Source: Patescibacteria group bacterium
GTDB lineage: Bacteria > Patescibacteriota > Patescibacteriia > Patescibacteriales > JBAZCA01
Reading direction: 5' to 3'
Length of the DNA stretch: 64,000 nucleotides
NCBI GenBank assembly: GCA_041661505.1
Contig: JBAZUF010000004.1
Coordinates: 4,861-68,860, forward strand
Part shown: positions 34,582 to 41,460 of the stretch, piece by piece
Position numbering within the stretch: position 1 is the first letter of the stretch
Layout: each line of letters starts with the position of its first letter
Position numbers and translations under genes: made by a program
Notes under the pieces: generated by a model
The model's input: only the letters and a program-made list of their open reading frames with translations
Databases searched by the model: none
Told to the model about the DNA's origin: nothing

Positions 34582-35304
34582 ATGAAAGAAAAACCATCGG
34601 CCTATGACGACGCCGAGATAATTTCCGTCTCTGACCAGAATTTAGAAATACATAATCGGGCTTTTCTAGACTTAAACCTCAAGGAAATTATCCCGCCTAA
34701 TGCCGTCGTCGTAAATATGGGAAGCGGAGTGGAAAAGCTCTTCGAAAAAGAATTATTGAAAGAGCGGCCGGACATTAACTTCGTTTCGGTAGATTTCTCT
34801 TTGGGGCTGGAAGACTATACGAAAGGCGAAGCAGAGAAAGAATCTAAAAATAATCAGTGGACGGTTATATCTCCTACCAGTCCCCACGACAAAACCGCGA
34901 TATACGCGAAGAAGCCTTTGGGCCAGGAATTCTTAGATGATATCGAGGAAGAAAAGCTAAGCGAGCTTACCGAGAGCGAAAAAAGGAGGCACTGGAAAAA
35001 AAGATACCAGTCGTTAAAAGAGGTTCCTGGTTCAGTCGCCATGAAAGCGCCAAAATTGGCATTGGCCGACAATTCCGCGGATACAGTTGTTGATTTCATG
35101 GGCGCCTATCAATACCTTAAAGACGACCAGGCGAGAAAAGAATATTTGGAAGAAATCCGCCGGATATTAAAGCCAGGCGGCGCGTTATATATTTACGCGG
35201 ACAGCCTCTTTCCGGAGACTCTTGCCGCCCAGATCGAGGGATTGCAAGTTGACGAAGAAAGGGTCAGGAGCGGTAAGCGGGTGTTAAAAATATCAAAAGC
35301 TTAG
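34582..35304 (+). CDS. putative class I SAM-dependent methyltransferase
   Basis: VVNMGSGVEK (motif I-like) and ILKPGGALYIY. Substrate unknown. Confidence 0.5.
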   Translation: MKEKPSAYDDAEIISVSDQNLEIHNRAFLDLNLKEIIPPNAVVVNMGSGVEKLFEKELLKERPDINFVSVDFSLGLEDYTKGEAEKESKNNQWTVISPTSPHDKTAIYAKKPLGQEFLDDIEEEKLSELTESEKRRHWKKRYQSLKEVPGSVAMKAPKLALADNSADTVVDFMGAYQYLKDDQARKEYLEEIRRILKPGGALYIYADSLFPETLAAQIEGLQVDEERVRSGKRVLKISKA

Positions 35305-35355
35305 CCAATCGAGGCGTGAAAGAAATCCCGGTTAAGATTATTATCCGCGCATTTA

Positions 35356-35384
35356 TTGACAAGTTCTAGCCTATCCGGTAATAT
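35356..35384 (+). promoter_or_regulatory. promoter TTGACA-17-TAATAT
   Basis: Perfect -35 hexamer. The ATG at 35391 is exactly 7 nt after the -10 hexamer, giving leaderless geometry. Confidence 0.6.
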
Positions 35385-35390
35385 ATAAAC

Positions 35391-35477
35391 ATGAGAAAAT
35401 TTACCGTTTCCACAATTACCATGAAGATGACCGGCATTATTATGACCGGGAATTTAATGTGGACGGTAAAGCTATAA
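35391..35477 (+). CDS. Thr/Met/Ile-rich leader peptide MRKFTVSTITMKMTGIIMTGNLMWTVKL
   Basis: 28 codons with 6 Thr, 4 internal Met and 3 Ile. The 3' end of the ORF is one arm of an antiterminator. Confidence 0.6.
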   Translation: MRKFTVSTITMKMTGIIMTGNLMWTVKL

Positions 35478-35531
35478 AGTCAAGTTAGCGAATTGAAATA
35501 AGCAGCCGTCCACACCCGGACGGCATTTTTA
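35460..35531 (+). terminator. attenuator: tggacgg(35460-35466):ccgtcca(35506-35512) versus terminator gccgtcc/ggacggc plus aTTTTT
   Basis: Terminator stem 35505-35511/35518-35524 with T tract 35525-35530. The alternative 7-bp pairing uses the W-T-V codons of the leader ORF. Confidence 0.65.
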
Positions 35532-35655
35532 ATATTTTTTCCGGCTGATTGCTGCTTTAAATATTTCGCAGGCATTATTTTATTTTTCAGCTATTATTTA
35601 TTGGAAAACAGAGTTATGTCTTACTGCGAAAAATATCAGACACAAGGAGGTTAGC

Positions 35656-35844
35656 ATGGAAGAGAATGACGGAATTGTTTGTTTTTGCCGCGTATGCGGT
35701 AAAAAAATGGTAGTTGAGTCAAGGGGCGGCAATCTTGACGCCGCCGCCCTAAAAAACATGCTTTCCTGCTCCGATGCTTGTCGCGAGCGGGAACGCGAGC
35801 AATTAATCTCCGCCCCCAAGAGCATTGTTTTTCAGGGGATATAA
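35656..35844 (+). CDS. small Zn-ribbon-like protein, 62 aa
   Basis: AAGGAGG lies 5 nt upstream of the ATG. Contains CFCRVCG...CSDAC. Confidence 0.5.
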   Translation: MEENDGIVCFCRVCGKKMVVESRGGNLDAAALKNMLSCSDACREREREQLISAPKSIVFQGI

Positions 35845-35855
35845 AAGGAGATATT

Positions 35856-36032
35856 ATGTTCCTTCAAAAGTCCTCCGTTCCGCGGGAGAAAAAAAAGGTA
35901 ACCGTTCTAAACTGCGGAATTTGCGGAAAGGAAGTCAAGCTGGTGGTCGCGAGAGACTATCCAGAAGACCTGATCCGCAAAATGGCGTCCCCGGTTTGCA
36001 AGGAATGCAAAATAGAACTGGGGATAGGATAG
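35856..36032 (+). CDS. small Zn-ribbon-like protein, 58 aa
   Basis: AAGGAG upstream. Contains CGICG...CKEC (two CxxC pairs). Confidence 0.5.
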   Translation: MFLQKSSVPREKKKVTVLNCGICGKEVKLVVARDYPEDLIRKMASPVCKECKIELGIG

Positions 36033-36167
36033 GGGAGAAAGACAAAGAAGTTTGTCTTTCTCCCCTCCTCAATTTAATTTTTATCTTTAAAGATAAGGCT
36101 TGGGTTGAGGAGGATTCTAAATACTAAAGTAGTCAGTGATCTTTTTATAAACGAGGGGGAGAAAAAA

Positions 36168-36542
36168 ATGAGGCTTATGTGGCGGGCAGTAATAGGCAGG
36201 TGTTCGACTCCGGATTGCGGGCTGGATTATGAGCTAGTACCCACGAGCTGGAAAGAAAGAGGGAAAGCAAAGAGAGGGGAATTGCCTTGCCCTGACTGTA
36301 AGTGTTACGAAGCAGTCGTTCTGGCCATTGGTAATTGTATTTCCCAAGGCGGTAGGGCAATAACTAAGGCCGGGGAGATTGTATCAACAACTCTATTGGT
36401 GCCGTGCAAGAATTGTTTAAGAGACTTTCTTTACACGGCCTCCAGCGAGGAAGATGCATTAAGAGCTAAACACGGGGCTGAAATTTGTGTCTTATGCCAG
36501 CAATTAGAAAGGGGAAAAAATGGCAAAACCTGCATGGGGTGA
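36168..36542 (+). CDS. Cys-rich hypothetical protein, 124 aa
   Basis: GAGGGGGAG upstream. Contains several CxxC-type pairs (CSTPDC, CPDCKC, CKNC, CVLC). Confidence 0.5.
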   Translation: MRLMWRAVIGRCSTPDCGLDYELVPTSWKERGKAKRGELPCPDCKCYEAVVLAIGNCISQGGRAITKAGEIVSTTLLVPCKNCLRDFLYTASSEEDALRAKHGAEICVLCQQLERGKNGKTCMG

Positions 36543-36885
36543 TCTCTATCTGAAGCCAGGTGAGGAATATCCAATCGGTCCTCAACCCGGTGATCTCCTG
36601 ATAAACCAAGGACCTGTAATTAAAGGTGTTTGTTCGAAATGCCGCCGTTGGTTTGAGGAGTCGGTGGAAAATTTCGAGATCGTGATGAAGACGAGGAGAT
36701 GCTTTACCTGCCGCGGCAGCGACTGGGGGAGTATTACTTCCCGGCTCATTTTGCACCAAGAGGTGTTGTCTGATGGTTATGTATCAGAAACACCACTTGA
36801 AGATCTTTGGGCGCTGGAGAAACCCCCAACCTCCGTACCGGCAGGAGTTAAAGATTTGGCCGATATCGGGTTCTGGCAAGATTAA
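36520..36885 (+). CDS. hypothetical protein with a CxxC...CxxC motif, 121 aa
   Basis: AAAGGGG upstream. Overlaps the previous ORF by 23 nt. Contains CSKC...CFTC. Confidence 0.5.
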   Translation: MAKPAWGDLYLKPGEEYPIGPQPGDLLINQGPVIKGVCSKCRRWFEESVENFEIVMKTRRCFTCRGSDWGSITSRLILHQEVLSDGYVSETPLEDLWALEKPPTSVPAGVKDLADIGFWQD

Positions 36886-37038
36886 AACAGTCAGGATTAG
36901 GGGGCATCCGACCTATCCGATCGGAGGAGATCAAGGACTGTCTTAAAGAGGCCCTTAAAAAGGGTCAAGGCGCAACACTAAGCGCGTCAGAAGGGGGAGA
37001 AAAAAATTTCTCCCCCTGCTCCACTTCAAAAAAATCAT

Positions 37039-37066
37039 TTGACATAAAATATAAAGCGCATAAATT
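37039..37066 (+). promoter_or_regulatory. promoter TTGACA-16-TAAATT upstream of cimA
   Basis: Perfect -35 hexamer. The implied 5' UTR is very short and has no SD. Confidence 0.45.
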
Positions 37067-37081
37067 AATTAACTTTTTAAT

Positions 37082-38656
37082 ATGCCAAAAGGAGTAAAGA
37101 TTTACGATACAACCTTGCGCGACGGGACCCAGGCGGAGAATTTCAGCCTGACGGTTTCCGATAAAATAAAGATCGCCTTAAAGCTTGATGATTTAGGCCT
37201 GCATTATATTGAAGGCGGCTGGCCGGGTTCTAACCCTAAGGACGCGGCTTTTTTTAATGAAATAAAAAAGCACGAATTGAAAAACGCGGTTATTGTTGCT
37301 TTTGGCTCGACTCATCATCCGGCGGTTTTAGCCGAAGATGACTTGAACCTGAAAGCCTTGGCCGATTCCGGCGCGAAAGCCGTAACAATTTTTGGCAAAG
37401 CCTGGACCGTGCAGGTAAAAGAAGCTTTGAATATCCCGCTGGAAAAAAATTTGGAAATAATTTTAGAAAGCTTAAGAATTTTGAGGCCGCGGGTTAAAGA
37501 GCTTTTTTTTGACGCCGAGCATTTTTTTGACGGTTATAAGGCGGATTCGGAATATGCTTTGGCGGTTTTATCTAGGGCCTTAGAAGGCGGGGCTGATTGT
37601 TTGGTGTTATGCGATACTAACGGCGGAAGCATGCCAAGCGATATCCGGCAAATTATCACTAAAGTCAAAGAAAGGTTTCCTGCGGCGGAATTAGGCATCC
37701 ATGCCCATAACGATTCCGAGCTGGCGGTAGCCAACACCATGACGGCGGTTAAGCTCGGAGCAGTCCAGGTTCAGGGAACGATTAACGGGATTGGCGAACG
37801 CTGCGGAAACGCGAATTTATGCTCAATAATTCCCAATCTGATTTTAAAAAAGGGTGTTATGTGCCTGCCGAAAGAAAATTTAAAAAAATTATCGGCCGCG
37901 AGCCGCTTTGTCAGCGAATTGGCGAATTTAAATCCTAACCGCTATCAGCCGTATGTCGGACAAAGCGCTTTTGCCCATAAGGGCGGAGTGCACATTAACG
38001 CCGCCTTGAAAAATCCGATGACTTATGAGCATATTGATCCGGCTTTGGTCGGGAACATCCGGCGCATTTTAGTTTCCGATCTTTCCGGCCGCTCGGCTAT
38101 AGCGAAAAAATTGGAAGACTTTGGCATTAATTTATCCAAGACTGATCCGGCGGCCTTGAAAATTTTAAATGAAGTAAAGGAATTGGAAAACCACGGCTAT
38201 CAGTTTGAAGCGGCCGAAGCCAGTTTTGAGCTTTTGGCCAGCCGCCTGCTTGGGAAAAACAAAAATTATTTCCAGTTGGTTGATTACCGGGTGACTGACT
38301 GCAAGGCCGGAGAAGGGGAGGCGCCGTCCATCGAGGCAACAGTAAGGATTAAAGTAAAAGATCGCGAAGAGCATAGCACGGCCAAAGGCGTCGGCCCGGT
38401 TGATGCCCTAAACAATGCTTTAAGAAAGTCTTTGGAAAAAATTTATCCCCAGCTAAACGGCATGAAGCTTACGGATTATAAGGTCCGGGTATTGCCGACG
38501 AATGACGGTACGGCGGCCCGGGTAAGGGTATTAATTGAATCCTGCGACGATAAAGACTACTGGGGCACGGTCGGGGTATCAGTTGATATATTAGAGGCAA
38601 GCTGGATGGCTTTAGTCGATAGTTTTAATTACAAATTGTATAAAGAAGAAAAATAA
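37082..38656 (+). CDS. cimA: (R)-citramalate synthase
   Basis: IYDTTLRDGTQAE, the YIEGGWPGSNPKD signature of the CimA branch, HAHNDSELAVANT, and a C-terminal regulatory domain GVGPVDALNNAL...VDILEASWMAL. Confidence 0.8.
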   Translation: MPKGVKIYDTTLRDGTQAENFSLTVSDKIKIALKLDDLGLHYIEGGWPGSNPKDAAFFNEIKKHELKNAVIVAFGSTHHPAVLAEDDLNLKALADSGAKAVTIFGKAWTVQVKEALNIPLEKNLEIILESLRILRPRVKELFFDAEHFFDGYKADSEYALAVLSRALEGGADCLVLCDTNGGSMPSDIRQIITKVKERFPAAELGIHAHNDSELAVANTMTAVKLGAVQVQGTINGIGERCGNANLCSIIPNLILKKGVMCLPKENLKKLSAASRFVSELANLNPNRYQPYVGQSAFAHKGGVHINAALKNPMTYEHIDPALVGNIRRILVSDLSGRSAIAKKLEDFGINLSKTDPAALKILNEVKELENHGYQFEAAEASFELLASRLLGKNKNYFQLVDYRVTDCKAGEGEAPSIEATVRIKVKDREEHSTAKGVGPVDALNNALRKSLEKIYPQLNGMKLTDYKVRVLPTNDGTAARVRVLIESCDDKDYWGTVGVSVDILEASWMALVDSFNYKLYKEEK

Positions 38657-38692
38657 GAATTTTTTAATATTTTATGCTTCAGGCTGGAAAAT

Positions 38693-38721
38693 TTGACACG
38701 GATTTTAGGATAAGCTATGTT
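38693..38721 (+). promoter_or_regulatory. promoter TTGACA-17-TATGTT
   Basis: Read by eye upstream of 38747. Confidence 0.45.
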
Positions 38722-38746
38722 TAAATAAGAAGAATAATTTATTATT

Positions 38747-39169
38747 ATGGCTGATAATAATATAATCAACGACCAAAATAAGCCGGCTGATAAAGAACCG
38801 ACTCTTTATGATGTTTTAGACGCCATAAATGTTTTTGCGACAAAAACTGATGAGCGGCTTGAGAATATAGAATCAACCATGGTGACTAAAGATTTTTTGG
38901 AAAAACGGTTGACTCCGATAGAATTAACCATGGTAACTAAAGATTTCTTGGAAAAACGGTTAGCGCCCATTGAGGCCAATATGGTAACCCGGGATTATCT
39001 TGATGATAAGCTTGGCGATTTAAAAGGCGATTTGATTGTAACCATGAGAAAAGAAGACGCCAAATTAAGAATTTTGATAGAGATTCTTCGAGGGAAAAGC
39101 GTTATATCCGAAGACGAAGAAAAACGGATTTTATCCATGGAACCGTTTCCTAAGCTATATGTTAGCTAA
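38747..39169 (+). CDS. coiled-coil protein with a 17-aa tandem repeat (TMVTKDFLEKRLxPIEx); paralog of 713..1141
   Basis: 140-aa ORF. Shares the N-terminal KEPTxxDxxxAI and ATxxDxxxENIxS blocks with the 713 protein. Confidence 0.7.
   Translation: MADNNIINDQNKPADKEPTLYDVLDAINVFATKTDERLENIESTMVTKDFLEKRLTPIELTMVTKDFLEKRLAPIEANMVTRDYLDDKLGDLKGDLIVTMRKEDAKLRILIEILRGKSVISEDEEKRILSMEPFPKLYVS
38876..39028 (+). repeat. 51-bp in-frame tandem repeat, 3 units (the third diverged)
   Basis: accatggtgactaaagat... at 38876 and accatggtaactaaagat... at 38927. Confidence 0.85.
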
Positions 39170-39190
39170 GGTTAAAGTAAATATTTTATA

Positions 39191-39219
39191 TTGACATTTG
39201 GTAGGCTCTTCGCTACAAT
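39191..39219 (+). promoter_or_regulatory. promoter TTGACA-17-TACAAT
   Basis: Perfect -35 hexamer and a 5/6 match at -10. The mini-ORF ATG at 39229 is 9 nt after the -10 hexamer. Confidence 0.6.
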
Positions 39220-39228
39220 GGAATCAAT

Positions 39229-39309
39229 ATGAATTTAAACCAAGTCAAAATTGGATCCCCCATTTCCGGCGGTTGTGGCGGTAGTGGCTCATGCATTGAG
39301 CAATTTTGA
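39229..39309 (+). CDS. Gly/Ser/Cys-rich leader peptide MNLNQVKIGSPISGGCGGSGSCIEQF
   Basis: 26 codons with 6 Gly, 4 Ser and 2 Cys in the block SGGCGGSGSC. The stop codon lies inside an antiterminator arm. Confidence 0.55.
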   Translation: MNLNQVKIGSPISGGCGGSGSCIEQF

Positions 39310-39398
39310 GGATGGTTTAAAAAGAAGAACATGCATAGGTTAGCAACAAAGCTAAAATAAGACACAAGCCATCCTCAAAGGGATGGCTTTAGCGTTTT
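39307..39398 (+). terminator. attenuator: tgaggatgg(39307-39315):ccatcctca(39369-39377) versus terminator agccatcc/ggatggct plus a T-rich tail
   Basis: The 9-bp and 8-bp perfect stems share nt 39369-39374. The tail ttagcgtttt is at 39389-39398. Confidence 0.6.
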
Positions 39399-39448
39399 AG
39401 GGGTATAATGCAGTGAACGCTCTTTTTGAAAATTTGGGAGGAATAGCC

Positions 39449-39856
39449 ATGAATCAATTTGATTTTACGGAAGTCGTTGCCGAGGGCGCGGAAAGCGGGA
39501 ATCAAAACGGTCTAATCCGCGGACTCTGCATAAGAGGAGAACATCGCGGAGAGATCATGTGTTTCAGCTTTCCTCAGCCTGTGCAGGGCAAGTTTTTTTG
39601 GACCGTAGAACGAAGTGGCGAGAAGATTTTGTCCTCGGAAAAATGGGAGATTATCCGGAAGGGAGGTGATGAAATGAAAGACTGTTGTCGTGAGACGACG
39701 GACAGTGCGGGTAAAAATAAACATGTTGCTTGCCTGCACTGCGGGGAGAGATGGGAAAAATTCGGCGATAAATGGCGTAAAGAGATACCCCCGGCAAATT
39801 TTAAGCTGGAGGGTGAAATTTACGTCTACGAAGACCACCCCGCCGTACCATCCTGA
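39449..39856 (+). CDS. Cys-rich hypothetical protein, 135 aa
   Basis: GGGAGG lies 8 nt upstream of the ATG. Contains DCC...CLHCG. Sits between the attenuator and cysK. Confidence 0.5.
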   Translation: MNQFDFTEVVAEGAESGNQNGLIRGLCIRGEHRGEIMCFSFPQPVQGKFFWTVERSGEKILSSEKWEIIRKGGDEMKDCCRETTDSAGKNKHVACLHCGERWEKFGDKWRKEIPPANFKLEGEIYVYEDHPAVPS

Positions 39857-39954
39857 TCCGCGTACCGGAGGTGTTTTCTAGAAGGACAAGCTTTGCCTTC
39901 AGGGAACGCCTCCGGTTCCTAATTCCTTATTTAGAATCAGATTTATATACCAGA

Positions 39955-40848
39955 ATGCTTTACAATAATATCCTAGACACAATCGGCAATACGCCGATGG
40001 TAAAAATTAATAATTTGTTCAATAAAGAAGGCGTTAATATTTACGCTAAAATTGAAGGCGTTAATCCGGGCGGAAGCATTAAAGACCGGATTGCCCTAAA
40101 AATGATCGAGCAGGGAGAAAAGGAAGGGAAGTTAAAAAAAGGAAAAACGATTATTGAGGCGACTTCGGGAAATACCGGAATCGCCCTGGCCATGATTGGA
40201 AGTTTAAAAGGCTACGCGGTGGAAATTGTAATGAGTTCGGCTGTTTCGCCGGAACGGGTAAAAATGATAAAGGCTTTTGGCGCTAGTATAATTTTAACCG
40301 GCTCGAACAAAGGGACGGACGGGGCTATAATGAAAGTAAAGGAAATGGTAGCCGGCTGCCCGGAAAAATATTTTAATCCGAACCAATTCTCGAATGAATA
40401 TAATAAAATCGCCCATTATGAGACAACCGGTAAAGAAATTTGGAAAGATATGGGCGGTAAAATCGACTATTTTGCCGCCGCTATCGGTACTTCGGGAACA
40501 CTGATGGGAGTCGGCGCTTATTTAAAAAAAATGAATCCGAATATCAAGGTGGTTTCGGCCGAACCTGTTTTAGGGCATTATATCCAGGGATTAAAGAATA
40601 TGCAGGAGGCGATTGTTCCCGAAATTTATAATCGCGAAAAGCTGGATGATGTTATAATGATTAATACAGAGAAAGCATTTGAAATTTCAAGGGAAATCGT
40701 AAAAAAAGAAGGGATATTTGTCGGCATGTCTTCGGGAGCGGCTATGCTCGCGGCGCTGGAAATCGCCAAAAAAATTGATAAAGGGAATATTGTTACGATT
40801 TTTCCGGACCGGGGAGAAAAATATTTAAGCACAAAGTTGTTTGAGTAA
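39955..40848 (+). CDS. cysK: cysteine synthase (O-acetylserine sulfhydrylase)
   Basis: IGNTPMVKINN, NPGGSIKDRIA (PLP lysine) and TSGNTGIALA. The start was chosen at MLYNNILD. Confidence 0.9.
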   Translation: MLYNNILDTIGNTPMVKINNLFNKEGVNIYAKIEGVNPGGSIKDRIALKMIEQGEKEGKLKKGKTIIEATSGNTGIALAMIGSLKGYAVEIVMSSAVSPERVKMIKAFGASIILTGSNKGTDGAIMKVKEMVAGCPEKYFNPNQFSNEYNKIAHYETTGKEIWKDMGGKIDYFAAAIGTSGTLMGVGAYLKKMNPNIKVVSAEPVLGHYIQGLKNMQEAIVPEIYNREKLDDVIMINTEKAFEISREIVKKEGIFVGMSSGAAMLAALEIAKKIDKGNIVTIFPDRGEKYLSTKLFE

Positions 40849-40958
40849 TTTTATATTTTCGATCTTTCAAAAGTCCAGTGGATAGGAAAGCGGAAAGTAG
40901 AAAAATTTTAGTTTTCGGTTTCCTGTTCAATGTATTTCCAACGAAAGGAGGTTAGAGG

Positions 40959-41132
40959 ATGTCCCAAAAAAACGAAAGGAGCGTTATTATCGGAACTTGT
41001 TCTATATGCGGATTCCCGATAATTGAAGGCGACAAGCCTGACAAACACTCAAACCCGACTACTTGCCGAATAAATATTCTTTCGGAGCGTCGACGGGATG
41101 TTGAGAAATTGTCATGCAAGGGGCAGAAATAA
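40959..41132 (+). CDS. small Zn-ribbon-like protein, 57 aa
   Basis: AAAGGAGG upstream. Contains CSICG...C...C. Too short to appear in the ORF track. Confidence 0.45.
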   Translation: MSQKNERSVIIGTCSICGFPIIEGDKPDKHSNPTTCRINILSERRRDVEKLSCKGQK

Positions 41133-41177
41133 AAAAATTTCAAACAGGACGGCATAGGAAGCCGCCGAGGAGGGAGT

Positions 41178-41318
41178 ATGTCAATCGCCGGGTACAGGGT
41201 GATTAAGGAGGGCCAGCCTAAGGGAGAGGTAGACAATACCCCTAAAGAGGGAACCTCCCTGGAGGACGTGGACGCGAAAGAGCCCTCTGATGACGACAAC
41301 AATGAGGACTGGAGCTAA
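41178..41318 (+). CDS. small acidic protein, 46 aa
   Basis: GAGGAGGGA upstream. C-terminal tail EPSDDDNNEDWS. Confidence 0.35.
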   Translation: MSIAGYRVIKEGQPKGEVDNTPKEGTSLEDVDAKEPSDDDNNEDWS

Positions 41319-41337
41319 CCGCAGTTAGTTCTCGCAA

Positions 41338-41390
41338 CCCGAGAGACGCTATTCTGGCAAACTCAATTCTGCCATGGAGCGTCTCTCGGG
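41338..41390. repeat. 13-bp perfect inverted repeat cccgagagacgct/agcgtctctcggg
   Basis: Strong hairpin with a 27-nt loop and no T tract. It lies between the small ORFs and the serA promoter region. Confidence 0.7.
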
Positions 41391-41460
41391 CTCCAATTTC
41401 CGCCAATCATCTTCCATGTATCAACTTTGATAATATAATTTACAAATTTAAAGATAACAT

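Noticed and set aside
38675-38686. The 12-mer atgcttcaggct is repeated at 38675 and at 52514, in both cases just after a stop codon.
   Set aside because: In 64 kb, on the order of a hundred chance 12-mer repeats are expected, and there is no extended similarity around these two.
39413-39954. The upstream starts given in the ORF track for 39413..39856 and 39871..40848.
   Set aside because: The downstream ATG at 39449 has a GGGAGG RBS. The ATG at 39955 begins the conserved CysK N-terminus, and the extension of 39871 has an unlikely sequence (FSRRTSFAFRERLRF).
40952-41302. 116-aa minus-strand ORF upstream of serA.
   Set aside because: It lies antisense to two plus-strand small ORFs that have strong SD sequences, and its composition is Ser/Pro/Leu-rich and shadow-like. 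Confidence in this rejection is only moderate.
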